Shown here one piece after another: positions 50,586 through 59,728 of a stretch of DNA of 64,000 nt; positions within the stretch are counted from its first letter, which is position 1; each line of letters opens with the position of its first letter. Under the pieces are notes generated by a model. The model had not been told where the DNA came from, did not search any database, and saw only the letters and a list, made by a program, of their open reading frames with translations. The position numbers were made by a program, and so were the translations under genes. The stretch spans positions 16,567 through 80,566 of the forward strand of contig VGGQ01000001.1 in NCBI GenBank assembly GCA_016868535.1. Direction: 5' to 3'. Source of the stretch: Bacteroidota bacterium (GTDB taxonomy: Bacteria; Bacteroidota; Bacteroidia; NS11-12g; UBA955).

Positions 50586-51574
50586 TTTTCCAGCAACCAA
50601 GTCATGGTGTCTGTATGGTCCGCGTAGTCGGCCAATCCTGGGTGTTGGGCTTTGCCAAAATTCACATTTGATTGAACTCCCGTAACAACCTGAATACGGG
50701 GCTCATTTTGCCCAATATATTGACTTACATCCTCCAATGTGTCATAAAAATGATACCCTACCATACCTACGGGTGCATAAACGTCATTGGTTTCCTTTAG
50801 AATCAAAAACCCATTATCCAGGTGTTTGTTCAGATTCATCAGTAATATAGCCCTGTGATAATGATAATTGTTGGCGTATTTGTGGTGGTGAATCAAACCG
50901 GCATAAGGTTCCCAGGCATGAAATAGCCGTACCATATCAAAATTGCGAGGTAAAAGCAAATGCGTCACATTGCGGCATCCCCGCCCGAAATAGGTAAAGA
51001 TATCTTCCCCAAGTGCCGTCAGCTCCGCCTCTGTAGTTTCCTGAGCCACAACAGCAACACTGTTTCTGTGTCCGCGCAACAAATGGGGAATTTGCCTGAA
51101 ATAATATTCAAAGTAACGTCCGCTGTTATTGCTTCCCGTGGCGATAGCGGCATCCAAACCTTTAAAATTATCGGAAAATTCAATTCTATCAGCTAATTCA
51201 GGATTGTCAGATACCCAACCTTTAACCAGGTAATTCATCAGCACTTCATCATCAGAACTGGGTTTAATCCTAACCCTGCGACCGCACATAATGCCGCAAA
51301 GAAGGTCGTGCAAGCCTACGAAAGGGATATTCCCGGCCATGATTATGCCAAGTGTTTGCGAAGAAAACCTGGCCGGAAGCGGATATTTCGATAACCAAAT
51401 TTCCGAATCAATTTCTAGTGCTGCAATCCAGGCGTTGATACTTTTTGTAATATTGTCCTGTGTGAACCAAGAGTTTTTAATTTCCGCTTCGCGCTTTTTT
51501 TGCTGCCAAGTGGCATCTGCTTCATGTTTTTCCATGAATTTTTGAAGCGAATTAAGCCACAACCTTTGCTGCAT
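50561..51574 (-). CDS. LuxC-family acyl-CoA reductase
   Basis: Overall LuxC/PF05893-like pattern. Weakest sequence-based call among the enzymes. Confidence 0.5.
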   Translation of the reverse strand: MQQRLWLNSLQKFMEKHEADATWQQKKREAEIKNSWFTQDNITKSINAWIAALEIDSEIWLSKYPLPARFSSQTLGIIMAGNIPFVGLHDLLCGIMCGRRVRIKPSSDDEVLMNYLVKGWVSDNPELADRIEFSDNFKGLDAAIATGSNNSGRYFEYYFRQIPHLLRGHRNSVAVVAQETTEAELTALGEDIFTYFGRGCRNVTHLLLPRNFDMVRLFHAWEPYAGLIHHHKYANNYHYHRAILLMNLNKHLDNGFLILKETNDVYAPVGMVGYHFYDTLEDVSQYIGQNEPRIQVVTGVQSNVNFGKAQHPGLADYADHTDTMTWLLENYKAEASS

Positions 51575-51666
51575 GGGTCAAAGATACCCGTTTTCAGAAG
51601 GTCAACAGAAAAATAAGAATAAATTTGATGCTTTGTATTGTATACGGCTGCTTGTAAATTTGCCAA

Positions 51667-52395
51667 ATGCCTAATCGTTTGTTTATTGTTTTCTCTGTTT
51701 TGCTTTTAAGCTTTCACAGTCTTTGCGCTCAGGATGACAAAAAAGATCCACGGCTGATGCTGGGATTCAACGCAGGCGCCAATTTCAGTCGGACGGCAAA
51801 CAGCGATACCTTTCCTGCAAATTTCACCAAACGCAACCGCCTTGGAATTGCCTTGGGACTGAATGGCGTGCACGACATAAGCAGCAATGCGGGTATTGCC
51901 TTTGGGGTCAATTTTGTGCAGAAAGGATATAAATTGAACAATGACACCCTTCCTGCCAATCCGGACATTGTAAGAAAATTCTGTAGCATCAATGTGCCGC
52001 TGGGACTGCATTTCAGACAGCAATTCAATGCGCAGAACTTTATTACCGAAAAATTTGGGGTTGTAGCCAATTTTAATTTGCGCGGAGACAGTGCTTCGCT
52101 AACAAACAACGACAAAAACTCGGCATTCCGCATCAATGAATACAGCGTACGGAATTTCTATCCCATGTTCTATCTGGGTTTTGCCATGGGCGGAACTTCC
52201 GAAAACAATAACCGCTATGAGTTTGGAATTACCTACACACAATCACTCAGCAACGATGCAACATTGATAGTTTCGCACAGCGATGGTTTAAAAAAACAGT
52301 TTCCGCTAAATTACCGCGGAGGCTTTCTGCATATTGGTTTCAGCTACTACTTCAACCTCAGCAATTTCAAAAAATCGAGCGGGTATTTTTATTGA
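51667..52395 (+). CDS. Outer-membrane beta-barrel (porin-like) protein
   Basis: Signal peptide 'LLSFHSLCAQ'. Beta pattern. C-terminal aromatic residues. Confidence 0.5.
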   Translation: MPNRLFIVFSVLLLSFHSLCAQDDKKDPRLMLGFNAGANFSRTANSDTFPANFTKRNRLGIALGLNGVHDISSNAGIAFGVNFVQKGYKLNNDTLPANPDIVRKFCSINVPLGLHFRQQFNAQNFITEKFGVVANFNLRGDSASLTNNDKNSAFRINEYSVRNFYPMFYLGFAMGGTSENNNRYEFGITYTQSLSNDATLIVSHSDGLKKQFPLNYRGGFLHIGFSYYFNLSNFKKSSGYFY

Positions 52396-52396
52396 T

Positions 52397-53227
52397 TTAC
52401 CCCAGCCCCACATCCAGGGCCATCATCAGCACGAAGCCGAAAATTAGTCCCAGTGTAGCTTTATCCGTGTGCCCGTCGCGCTGGGTTTCTGGTATTACTT
52501 CCTCCACTACCACATAAATCATGGCACCGGCGGCAAATGCAAGAAGATAGGGCAATAAAAGCGCCGCCACCATTACCAGCGCCACACCCAAAACACCGGC
52601 CACCGGCTCTACCACACCACTTAATTGCCCCCAAAGAAATGATTTGGTGCGGCTCATGCCAAATCGTCTTAATGGAATAGCCACGGCCAGGCCTTCGGGA
52701 AAATCCTGAATACCAATACCAATGGCAAGCGCAATAGCACCTGCCATATCGGCTCCGGGCAAACCCTCTGCCACCGCACCAAACGCCACACCCACTGCAA
52801 GTCCTTCGGGGATATTGTGCAGCGTGATGGCCAAAACCAGCAAAACCGTACGGTTCCAGACGGTCTTCACACCTTCCCTTTTTTCCAGGGGCTGATGAAT
52901 GTGCAGGTGCGGCAGTAACTGATCAAGTCCGAAAATAAAAAATGCGCCCAATAGAAAACCAATGGCCACAGGCACCCAGGCCCATTGTGCCGACCAATTC
53001 GACTCTGCCATGGCTATAGCAGGATTCAGAAGGCTCCAGAAACTAGCCGCCAGCATTACACCACCGGTAAATCCCAGCATGGTGTCCATAAATCCACGGC
53101 GAATATCTTTCATAAAAAAGACGAAAGAGGCTCCAATTGCTGTTACCAGCCAGGTAAATCCTGTGGCTACCAGCCCCTGCATAAGCGGATGCATTCCATT
53201 AAAAAATTCAATCAGTGTCTGCATCAT
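52397..53227 (-). CDS. zupT: ZIP-family metal transporter
   Basis: 'HNIPEGLAVG' ZIP signature, 8 TM helices. Confidence 0.8.
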   Translation of the reverse strand: MMQTLIEFFNGMHPLMQGLVATGFTWLVTAIGASFVFFMKDIRRGFMDTMLGFTGGVMLAASFWSLLNPAIAMAESNWSAQWAWVPVAIGFLLGAFFIFGLDQLLPHLHIHQPLEKREGVKTVWNRTVLLVLAITLHNIPEGLAVGVAFGAVAEGLPGADMAGAIALAIGIGIQDFPEGLAVAIPLRRFGMSRTKSFLWGQLSGVVEPVAGVLGVALVMVAALLLPYLLAFAAGAMIYVVVEEVIPETQRDGHTDKATLGLIFGFVLMMALDVGLG

Positions 53228-53232
53228 GGCCT

Positions 53233-53427
53233 TTAATCCTCAAATCTCTCAAACTGCTTGTTATGGGTTTTAGCCGCTGATTCTTTATTCTTAAATACCT
53301 TCAAAAAGAAGTAAATAGCCACAAACACCAGAGTGGTGATGACCACTTCCCAAAGAAAAAACTCATTTTTAAAAGCCTGAACAGAAATGGCAGTGGTATC
53401 TTTCATTGATACAAAAATAGATAACAT
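53233..53427 (-). CDS. Small single-TM hypothetical protein upstream of zupT
   Basis: 64-aa ORF with one TM helix. Stop is 5 bp from the zupT start. Confidence 0.25.
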   Translation of the reverse strand: MLSIFVSMKDTTAISVQAFKNEFFLWEVVITTLVFVAIYFFLKVFKNKESAAKTHNKQFERFED

Positions 53428-53480
53428 ATATCAAACGCGGTTACAAAAAAATCAAGTGGCTGATGTAAATTGCGGGCACC

Positions 53481-54851
53481 ATGAGTCAGGTAGCCTACAT
53501 TGAACAAAACAAAGACCGTTTTTTACAGGAACTTTTTGATTTACTGCGCATTCCTAGTATTTCGGCAGACAGTGCATTTGCCGGAAATGTGAGAAAATGC
53601 GCCGAATCTGTTGCCAAGTATTTACGCAGTGCAGGGGCAGATAATGTGAGCATAGAGGAAACTGCAGGACATCCCATTGTATATGGCGAAAAAATGGTTA
53701 ATCCGACCTGGCCCACCGTTTTGATATACGGACACTACGACGTGCAGCCTTCGGCACCTGATGAACTATGGACCACACCTGCCTTTGAGCCTAATGTACG
53801 CGACGGAAAAATTTACGCCCGAGGCGCCGCCGATGACAAAGGGCAGTTTTTCATGCATGTAAAGGCATTTGAAACCATGATGAAAACCAATAGCCTTTGC
53901 TGCAACGTAAAATTCATGATTGAAGGGGAAGAAGAAGTAGGGAGCGGTAATCTGGGGCCATTTTGTATAAACAACCGCGAAAAACTGAAAGCCGATGTAA
54001 TCCTCATCAGCGACACATCCATGGTGGCTAATGATGTTCCCAGTATTGACGTGGGACTTCGTGGATTGTCTTATGTGGAAGTAGAAGTTACCGGACCTAA
54101 CCGCGATCTTCATAGCGGCGTTTACGGCGGTGCTGTGGCCAACCCCATTAATGCGCTGTGCAGCATGATTGCCAGCATGCACGATGAAAACCGGCATATT
54201 ACCATTCCCGGATTTTACAACAATGTGTTGGAAACATCTGCGGAAGACAGAGAGAACATGTCGCGCATTCCTTTTGATATCGAAGAATATAAAAAAGACC
54301 TGAACGTAAATGATGTTCTCGGAGAAAAAGGTTTTAGCACCATAGAAAGAACCGGTATCAGACCCACACTGGACGTGAACGGCATCTGGGGCGGATATAC
54401 AGGTGAAGGAAGTAAAACCGTATTGCCTTCCAAGGCATACGCCAAAATCAGTATGCGCCTGGTTCCCAACCAAAGCAGTGAAGTCATTACCGAATTGTTC
54501 AAAAACCATTTCGAGAGCATTGCACCTCCGGGCATTAAAGTGGAAGTGAGACCACACCATGGCGGTGAGCCGGTTTTGACACCCACCGACAGCATCGCCT
54601 ACAAGGCGGCAGCATCTGCCATGAAAGACACCTTTGGGAAAGATCCGATCCCTACCCGTGGCGGCGGCAGCATTCCCATTGTGGCTTTGTTTGAAAAAGA
54701 ACTGAAAACCAAAGTGGTGCTTATGGGATATGGGCTTGATAGTGACGCACTGCACTCTCCCAATGAGCATTACGGTATTTTCAATTACTTTAAAGGTATT
54801 GAAACGATTCCACGTTTCTTCCATCACTTTTCGAAATTAAACAAATCCTGA
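53481..54851 (+). CDS. M20-family dipeptidase
   Basis: 'HYDVQP', 'GAADDKG', and Glu-Glu catalytic pair 'EGEEEVGS'. Confidence 0.8.
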   Translation: MSQVAYIEQNKDRFLQELFDLLRIPSISADSAFAGNVRKCAESVAKYLRSAGADNVSIEETAGHPIVYGEKMVNPTWPTVLIYGHYDVQPSAPDELWTTPAFEPNVRDGKIYARGAADDKGQFFMHVKAFETMMKTNSLCCNVKFMIEGEEEVGSGNLGPFCINNREKLKADVILISDTSMVANDVPSIDVGLRGLSYVEVEVTGPNRDLHSGVYGGAVANPINALCSMIASMHDENRHITIPGFYNNVLETSAEDRENMSRIPFDIEEYKKDLNVNDVLGEKGFSTIERTGIRPTLDVNGIWGGYTGEGSKTVLPSKAYAKISMRLVPNQSSEVITELFKNHFESIAPPGIKVEVRPHHGGEPVLTPTDSIAYKAAASAMKDTFGKDPIPTRGGGSIPIVALFEKELKTKVVLMGYGLDSDALHSPNEHYGIFNYFKGIETIPRFFHHFSKLNKS

Positions 54852-54861
54852 AAACAGATAC

Positions 54862-57090
54862 ATGCCACTGCTGGAAGGCGAAACCTTTGAGATTTACAGA
54901 TCCGAACTGCTGAAGCGGTACAGGCATCTGCTGCGATCACTGGGAAAGGATGTATCCAAAGAAAAACTGAATAAGGTTCGTGATGCATTTGATCTGGCCG
55001 CACGTTCGCACGAAGGCATGGTGCGCAAAAGCGGTGAGCCTTACATTTTTCATCCGCTTGCCGTAGCGCAAATTGCTGTAAGCGAACTGGGCCTTGGACC
55101 TACAAGCGTTATCTGCGCGCTGCTGCACGATGTAGTTGAAGACACTGAGATCACCCTAGATGACATTGAGCATCGATTTGGCCTCAATGTAGCTTCCATT
55201 ATTGATGGATTAACCAAAATTAGTACGGTTTTTGACAACGTTGACAAAGACCATAGTATTCAGGCAGAGAATTTTAAAAAAATGCTGCTTACCCTGGGCG
55301 AAGACCTGAGGGTAATACTCATTAAACTCTGCGACAGGCTGCACAATATGCGAACTCTGGGTTCAGTGAGTGAAAACACCAAACTAAAAATCGCCTCCGA
55401 AACCAATTTCATTTACGCTCCCCTCGCACATCGACTGGGCTTGAACGCCATTAAAACGGAAATGGAAGACCTGGCCCTGAAATTCACAGAGCCTGAGCTT
55501 TACAGAGAGATTTCCCAAAAACTGGCAGAAACAAAATTGTCGCGACAGCGCTACATACGCGAATTCATAGAACCCCTTCGTTCCAAATTGGATAATACGG
55601 ACATGAAAATCGTGGAGATAAAGGGCAGGCCTAAAAGCATTTACGGCATTGCCCGAAAGATAAAAGTGCAGCAAATCCCGTTCGAAGAAGTTTATGATGT
55701 CTTCGCCATCCGCGTGATTATTGATTCTCCCCTGTTTTTGGAAAAAGCCGATTGCTGGAAAGTGTATTCAATTATAACCGATCAGTATCGCAGCCATGCC
55801 AACAGGCTCCGCGACTGGCTAAGCCAGCCAAAAAGCAACGGTTATGAAGCATTACATGCCACAGTGCTGGGACCAAAAGGGCGCTGGGTTGAAATTCAAA
55901 TACGAAGTAAACGTATGGATAATGTGGCAGAACGCGGTCTTGCTGCCCACTGGCGTTATAAAGAAGGCAGTACCAACAGCACACCCCAGCATCAGGCCTT
56001 TGAAAACTGGTTATCCAACGTAAAAGATACCTTAGAAAACCAGGATTTAAGTGCGCTAGAGCTGGTTAGCGAATTTCGGTTCAGTCTGCTTGGTGAAGAA
56101 ATTTACCTTTTCACACCCAGAGGCGATGTAAAGAATTTACCGCTCGGCAGCACCGCACTGGATTTTGCCTTTGCCGTGCACAGTCAGGTGGGATTACATA
56201 CCATCGGGGCCAAGGTCAACAACAAACTTGTTCCGATAAGCCATGTATTAAAAAACGGCGATATCGTGGAAATTCTGACCACCCAAAAGCCCCGCGCCAA
56301 TGCCGGCTGGCTTGATCTGGTAAAAACAGGCAAAGCCCGCGGCAAAATCAGGGAATTCCTGAAAATGGAGAAAAGCAAACTGGCGAGTATAGGCAAGGAA
56401 ATGGTAGAGCGCAAACTTAAAAGCCAGGAAGAATTAATTTCCGAAAAAAACATCAGTTTAATGATGCGTTACTTCCAAACCGCGACTGCTGCAGAGTTCT
56501 ACCACAAGGTAGCCAACGGCGATATCAAGGTTGAAAAACTCATTATTAAAGATATTGCGGCAAAAAAATCTACTACAAAAACTGCGGAGGTACAGGAAAA
56601 GCCTGCTGCTTCCAGAAAAAAACAGAAGGTTAAAGGACAAATCGTTATAGGCGATGACTTTGAAATGTCGTACCAGCTTGCCAAATGCTGCAATCCCCTT
56701 CCCGGCGATCCTATTTTTGGATTTATCACTGTAGGAGAAGGCGTTAAGATTCACCGTACATCCTGCCCCAACGCACAGCGCCTGATGAGCCAGTATGGCT
56801 ACCGCATCATTACTGCATCTTGGCGAAGCGAGGGATATGAGAAACCATTTGAAGCCGTATTGTCTGTGAGTGGTATTGACGATGTAGGGATTGTCAGTAA
56901 AATTACCGATATCATTTCCAAGAATATGGAGGTGAATATGCGAAGCATAAATATTCAAGCCAATGAAGCAGAAGGAACCTTCGAGGGTCGGCTCGAAGTT
57001 TTCCTCCAAAGCAAGGCCCACCTTGATCTGCTTATGCAGAAAATTCAAGGTACACACCAGTATATTCAGGTGAAGCGACTGGACGCCTAA
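54862..57090 (+). CDS. relA: Bifunctional (p)ppGpp synthetase/hydrolase (RelA/SpoT family)
   Basis: HD domain 'HPLAVAQI...LHDVVEDT', synthetase domain, TGS and ACT C-terminus. 742 aa. Confidence 0.9.
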   Translation: MPLLEGETFEIYRSELLKRYRHLLRSLGKDVSKEKLNKVRDAFDLAARSHEGMVRKSGEPYIFHPLAVAQIAVSELGLGPTSVICALLHDVVEDTEITLDDIEHRFGLNVASIIDGLTKISTVFDNVDKDHSIQAENFKKMLLTLGEDLRVILIKLCDRLHNMRTLGSVSENTKLKIASETNFIYAPLAHRLGLNAIKTEMEDLALKFTEPELYREISQKLAETKLSRQRYIREFIEPLRSKLDNTDMKIVEIKGRPKSIYGIARKIKVQQIPFEEVYDVFAIRVIIDSPLFLEKADCWKVYSIITDQYRSHANRLRDWLSQPKSNGYEALHATVLGPKGRWVEIQIRSKRMDNVAERGLAAHWRYKEGSTNSTPQHQAFENWLSNVKDTLENQDLSALELVSEFRFSLLGEEIYLFTPRGDVKNLPLGSTALDFAFAVHSQVGLHTIGAKVNNKLVPISHVLKNGDIVEILTTQKPRANAGWLDLVKTGKARGKIREFLKMEKSKLASIGKEMVERKLKSQEELISEKNISLMMRYFQTATAAEFYHKVANGDIKVEKLIIKDIAAKKSTTKTAEVQEKPAASRKKQKVKGQIVIGDDFEMSYQLAKCCNPLPGDPIFGFITVGEGVKIHRTSCPNAQRLMSQYGYRIITASWRSEGYEKPFEAVLSVSGIDDVGIVSKITDIISKNMEVNMRSINIQANEAEGTFEGRLEVFLQSKAHLDLLMQKIQGTHQYIQVKRLDA

Positions 57091-57175
57091 ACTACAATAT
57101 ACGCAATTTTATCGACAATAACAAATTATTTGAATACTTTTAATTCCTATATTTGAAATAACAATTCAAGAAGCT

Positions 57176-58105
57176 ATGAACATTTTCATTTACGTACTGG
57201 TAACGCTGGTTGTGCTCGTCATCCTGAGATCCATTAAAGTTATTCCACAGCAAAACGCATTTGTGATAGAAAGGCTGGGTAAATTCCATGAGGTTTTGCA
57301 ACCCGGTTTCAATATCATTATTCCCTTTTTTGACAAGGTTGCCTACAGGCATTCGCTGAAAGAAACAGCGATGGATATACCCGAGCAGATTTGCATTACC
57401 AAAGACAACGTGCAGGTAGCGGTAGATGGAGTGGTTTTCGCCCAGGTAATTGATCCTGCAAAGGCATCCTACGGTATTTCCAATTATCAGTTTGCCGTAA
57501 TTCAGCTGGCACAAACCACCATGCGCAGTGAAATCGGTAAAATTGACCTGGATAAAACGTTTGAAGAGCGCACAAACATAAACGGTGCCATCGTTTCAGC
57601 CATCGATGAGGCTTCTTCCGGCTGGGGTGTGAAAATTCTGCGTTATGAAATCAAAAACATTACCCCTCCAAAATCTGTGCTGAACGCCATGGAAAAGCAA
57701 ATGCAGGCGGAGCGTGAGAAACGTGCTGTTATTCTGACTTCGGAAGGTGAAAAGCAAAGTGCCATCAATCAGGCCGAAGGTCAGAAACAGAAAGTAGTTC
57801 TGGAATCTGAAGCCATGCGACAACAGCAAATTAATGAAGCGGAGGGTCAGTCTGCAGCAATTAAAGCAGTTGCCAGCGCTACGGCTGAAGGTATACGCAA
57901 GGTTGCAGCTGCCCTGCAGGAAAAAGGCGGTTTCGAGGCCGTACAGCTGCGTGTGGCCGAAAATCTGGTGGAACAGTACGGAAAACTAGCCAAAAGCACC
58001 AACACCATGATTTTACCTGCCAATTTTGCGGATATGGGATCCATGATTTCTGCCGCAATGGGCGTAATTAAACAACAAAACGATAACAGCAAAACCAAAT
58101 CATGA
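57176..58105 (+). CDS. SPFH/band-7 (stomatin-like) protein
   Basis: N-terminal TM helix plus SPFH core 'VIPQQNAFVIERLGKF'. Coiled-coil C-terminus. Confidence 0.85.
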   Translation: MNIFIYVLVTLVVLVILRSIKVIPQQNAFVIERLGKFHEVLQPGFNIIIPFFDKVAYRHSLKETAMDIPEQICITKDNVQVAVDGVVFAQVIDPAKASYGISNYQFAVIQLAQTTMRSEIGKIDLDKTFEERTNINGAIVSAIDEASSGWGVKILRYEIKNITPPKSVLNAMEKQMQAEREKRAVILTSEGEKQSAINQAEGQKQKVVLESEAMRQQQINEAEGQSAAIKAVASATAEGIRKVAAALQEKGGFEAVQLRVAENLVEQYGKLAKSTNTMILPANFADMGSMISAAMGVIKQQNDNSKTKS

Positions 58106-58533
58106 CTGCTGAAATTATGTGGGGAGCAGCCGGTTTACTGCTCATTCTGGCTGATGTAGCCTTTGGTACCTTCTTTGTTGTGTTTTTAGGAGCCGGCGCA
58201 CTGCTTACCGCAGCTATGCTTTGGATGGGTGTTCCAATGAATACAACCACTCAGTGGCTTACTTTCACGGTTGTTTCGGCCATGGGTGTTTTGTTGCTTC
58301 GCAAAAAAATGATACATTGGTTTGGCCCTTCTGATGAAGAGCGTTTTGAAGAGCACAAAGGCCAGACTGTTGTTGTAGTTGAAGATGTTGCTCCGGGTAA
58401 AACAGGAAAAATAAAATACCGCGGAACAGAGTGGCAGGGCGCCACAAACGGTGATGATGCGATTCAAGCAGGAGAAAATGCCCTGATTACGCACCTGGAC
58501 GGAATTGTTGTGTACATTCGCAAAAAACAATAA
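58102..58533 (+). CDS. NfeD-family membrane protein (stomatin partner)
   Basis: Two TM helices plus a C-terminal OB-fold-sized domain. ATGA overlap with the SPFH gene. Confidence 0.65.
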   Translation: MTAEIMWGAAGLLLILADVAFGTFFVVFLGAGALLTAAMLWMGVPMNTTTQWLTFTVVSAMGVLLLRKKMIHWFGPSDEERFEEHKGQTVVVVEDVAPGKTGKIKYRGTEWQGATNGDDAIQAGENALITHLDGIVVYIRKKQ

Positions 58534-58534
58534 A

Positions 58535-58777
58535 ATGAATGCTGCACATCTGCACCTGATAACTAATCACTTGCCCCTTCTGGGGCTGTTCTTTTCTGCG
58601 CTGGCAATTGCCTGAGGTATTTACCGAAAATCCGTGAATAAGCTTTTGCTGGCGTTTTCCTTCACTTTGATTTCTGCCATCGGAGGCTGGCTGGATGAGA
58701 AAATAAGGCACAGCCAGAGGATACAAGCCGGGCCTTCGGCCACAGATGAGGCCGAAGAACGCGAAGAGTGCGAATAA
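58535..58777 (+). pseudogene. Small two-TM membrane-protein ORF with an in-frame TGA at 58613-58615
   Basis: One continuous frame reads MNAAHLHLITNHLPLLGLFFSALAIA-TGA-GIYRKSVNKLLLAFSFTLISAIGGWLDEKIRHSQ...EECE*. Both halves are membrane-protein-like. Confidence 0.2.
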
Positions 58778-58806
58778 AAAACGCACGCATGCGGGGCGTC
58801 TTTTAA
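58776..58806. terminator. Putative bidirectional terminator between nfeD-side genes and atpG (weak stem)
   Basis: AAAAAACGCACGCATGCGGGGCGTCTTTT: GC-rich imperfect palindrome flanked by A6 and T4. Confidence 0.3.
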
Positions 58807-58823
58807 ATAATTCTGTGTTAAGT

Positions 58824-59711
58824 TTAGCCTTCGAGTGCTGCAACTCCACCCACAATCTCGCTGATTTCGCGGGTAATAGCCGCCTGACGGGCCTGGTTGT
58901 AGGCCAAACGTAGGCTGAATAGCAGCTCACCTGCATTTTCAGTAGCTTTATCCATGGCCACCATGCGGGCCCCGTGTTCAGATGCCAGTGAGTCCAACAT
59001 AGCGCGGTATACCTGGGCCTTTACACTTCTGGGAATTAAATCTTGCAATATCTGAACCTTATTGGGCTCGAAAATATAGTCATTCAGGCGGCCAGATTTG
59101 GCTGTATCTGCTTTAATCTGGGGAATTACCGGAAGAATAACTTCGTTGGTCAGAATCTGTGTAGCCGCATTTTTAAACTGATTAAACACCAGCTCCACCT
59201 GACCGTATGGACCATTACAGAAACTTTGCAAAATGTGTTCGCCAATTTCAAAAGCCTTTTCTGCATCGAGTATAGTCAGTGCATGCATGTAGGTTGCATC
59301 TACATTATACTTGAGACGACGCAGGAATTCTCCACCTTTTTTCCCGATACACAACAGGGTAACATTACCGGCTCTGGTTTGCTGGGCATACTTTTCCGTA
59401 AGCATCAGACGGGTGCGCTTGATAACGTTGGAGTTGAAAGCACCGCAAAGTCCGCGGTCGCTGGTAATAACCACAATCAGCACCTTCTTCACTTCGCGTG
59501 CCTGAAAGTAAACAGCCAGCTGAGGATCGTCAATACTATCCTGCAGGTTGGACATAATACCTTTCAATTTTTCCGCGTATGGACGCATGCGTATGATTGC
59601 ATCGCTGGCCTTTCTCAGCTTGGTAGCGCTCACCAGCTTCATCGCCTTGGTGATTTGCTGCGTGCTGATAGTGGATGAAATCCGGCTGCGTATTTCTTTT
59701 TGACTCGGCAT
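58824..59711 (-). CDS. atpG: ATP synthase F1 gamma subunit
   Basis: 'ITKAMKLVSATKLRKA' N-terminal gamma signature. Confidence 0.9.
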   Translation of the reverse strand: MPSQKEIRSRISSTISTQQITKAMKLVSATKLRKASDAIIRMRPYAEKLKGIMSNLQDSIDDPQLAVYFQAREVKKVLIVVITSDRGLCGAFNSNVIKRTRLMLTEKYAQQTRAGNVTLLCIGKKGGEFLRRLKYNVDATYMHALTILDAEKAFEIGEHILQSFCNGPYGQVELVFNQFKNAATQILTNEVILPVIPQIKADTAKSGRLNDYIFEPNKVQILQDLIPRSVKAQVYRAMLDSLASEHGARMVAMDKATENAGELLFSLRLAYNQARQAAITREISEIVGGVAALEG

Positions 59712-59728
59712 GAGTGCTTATGAGCAGT

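Noticed and set aside
53428-53480. Possible Zur/metal-box upstream of the small ORF-zupT operon ('TAGATAACATATATC')
   Set aside because: Only partial dyad symmetry. Cannot support a regulator site from sequence alone.
53766-54827. 353-aa ORF antisense to the M20 dipeptidase gene
   Set aside because: His/Gly/Phe-rich low-complexity translation typical of the mirror frame of a real gene. The sense-strand protein has clear M20 motifs.
56458-57057. 199-aa ORF antisense to relA/spoT
   Set aside because: Lies fully inside a well-supported gene on the other strand. No motifs.
58613-58615. In-frame TGA as selenocysteine
   Set aside because: No selA/B/D or obvious SECIS in the window, and a small membrane protein is an unlikely selenoprotein. 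Kept only as a remote possibility within finding 5.
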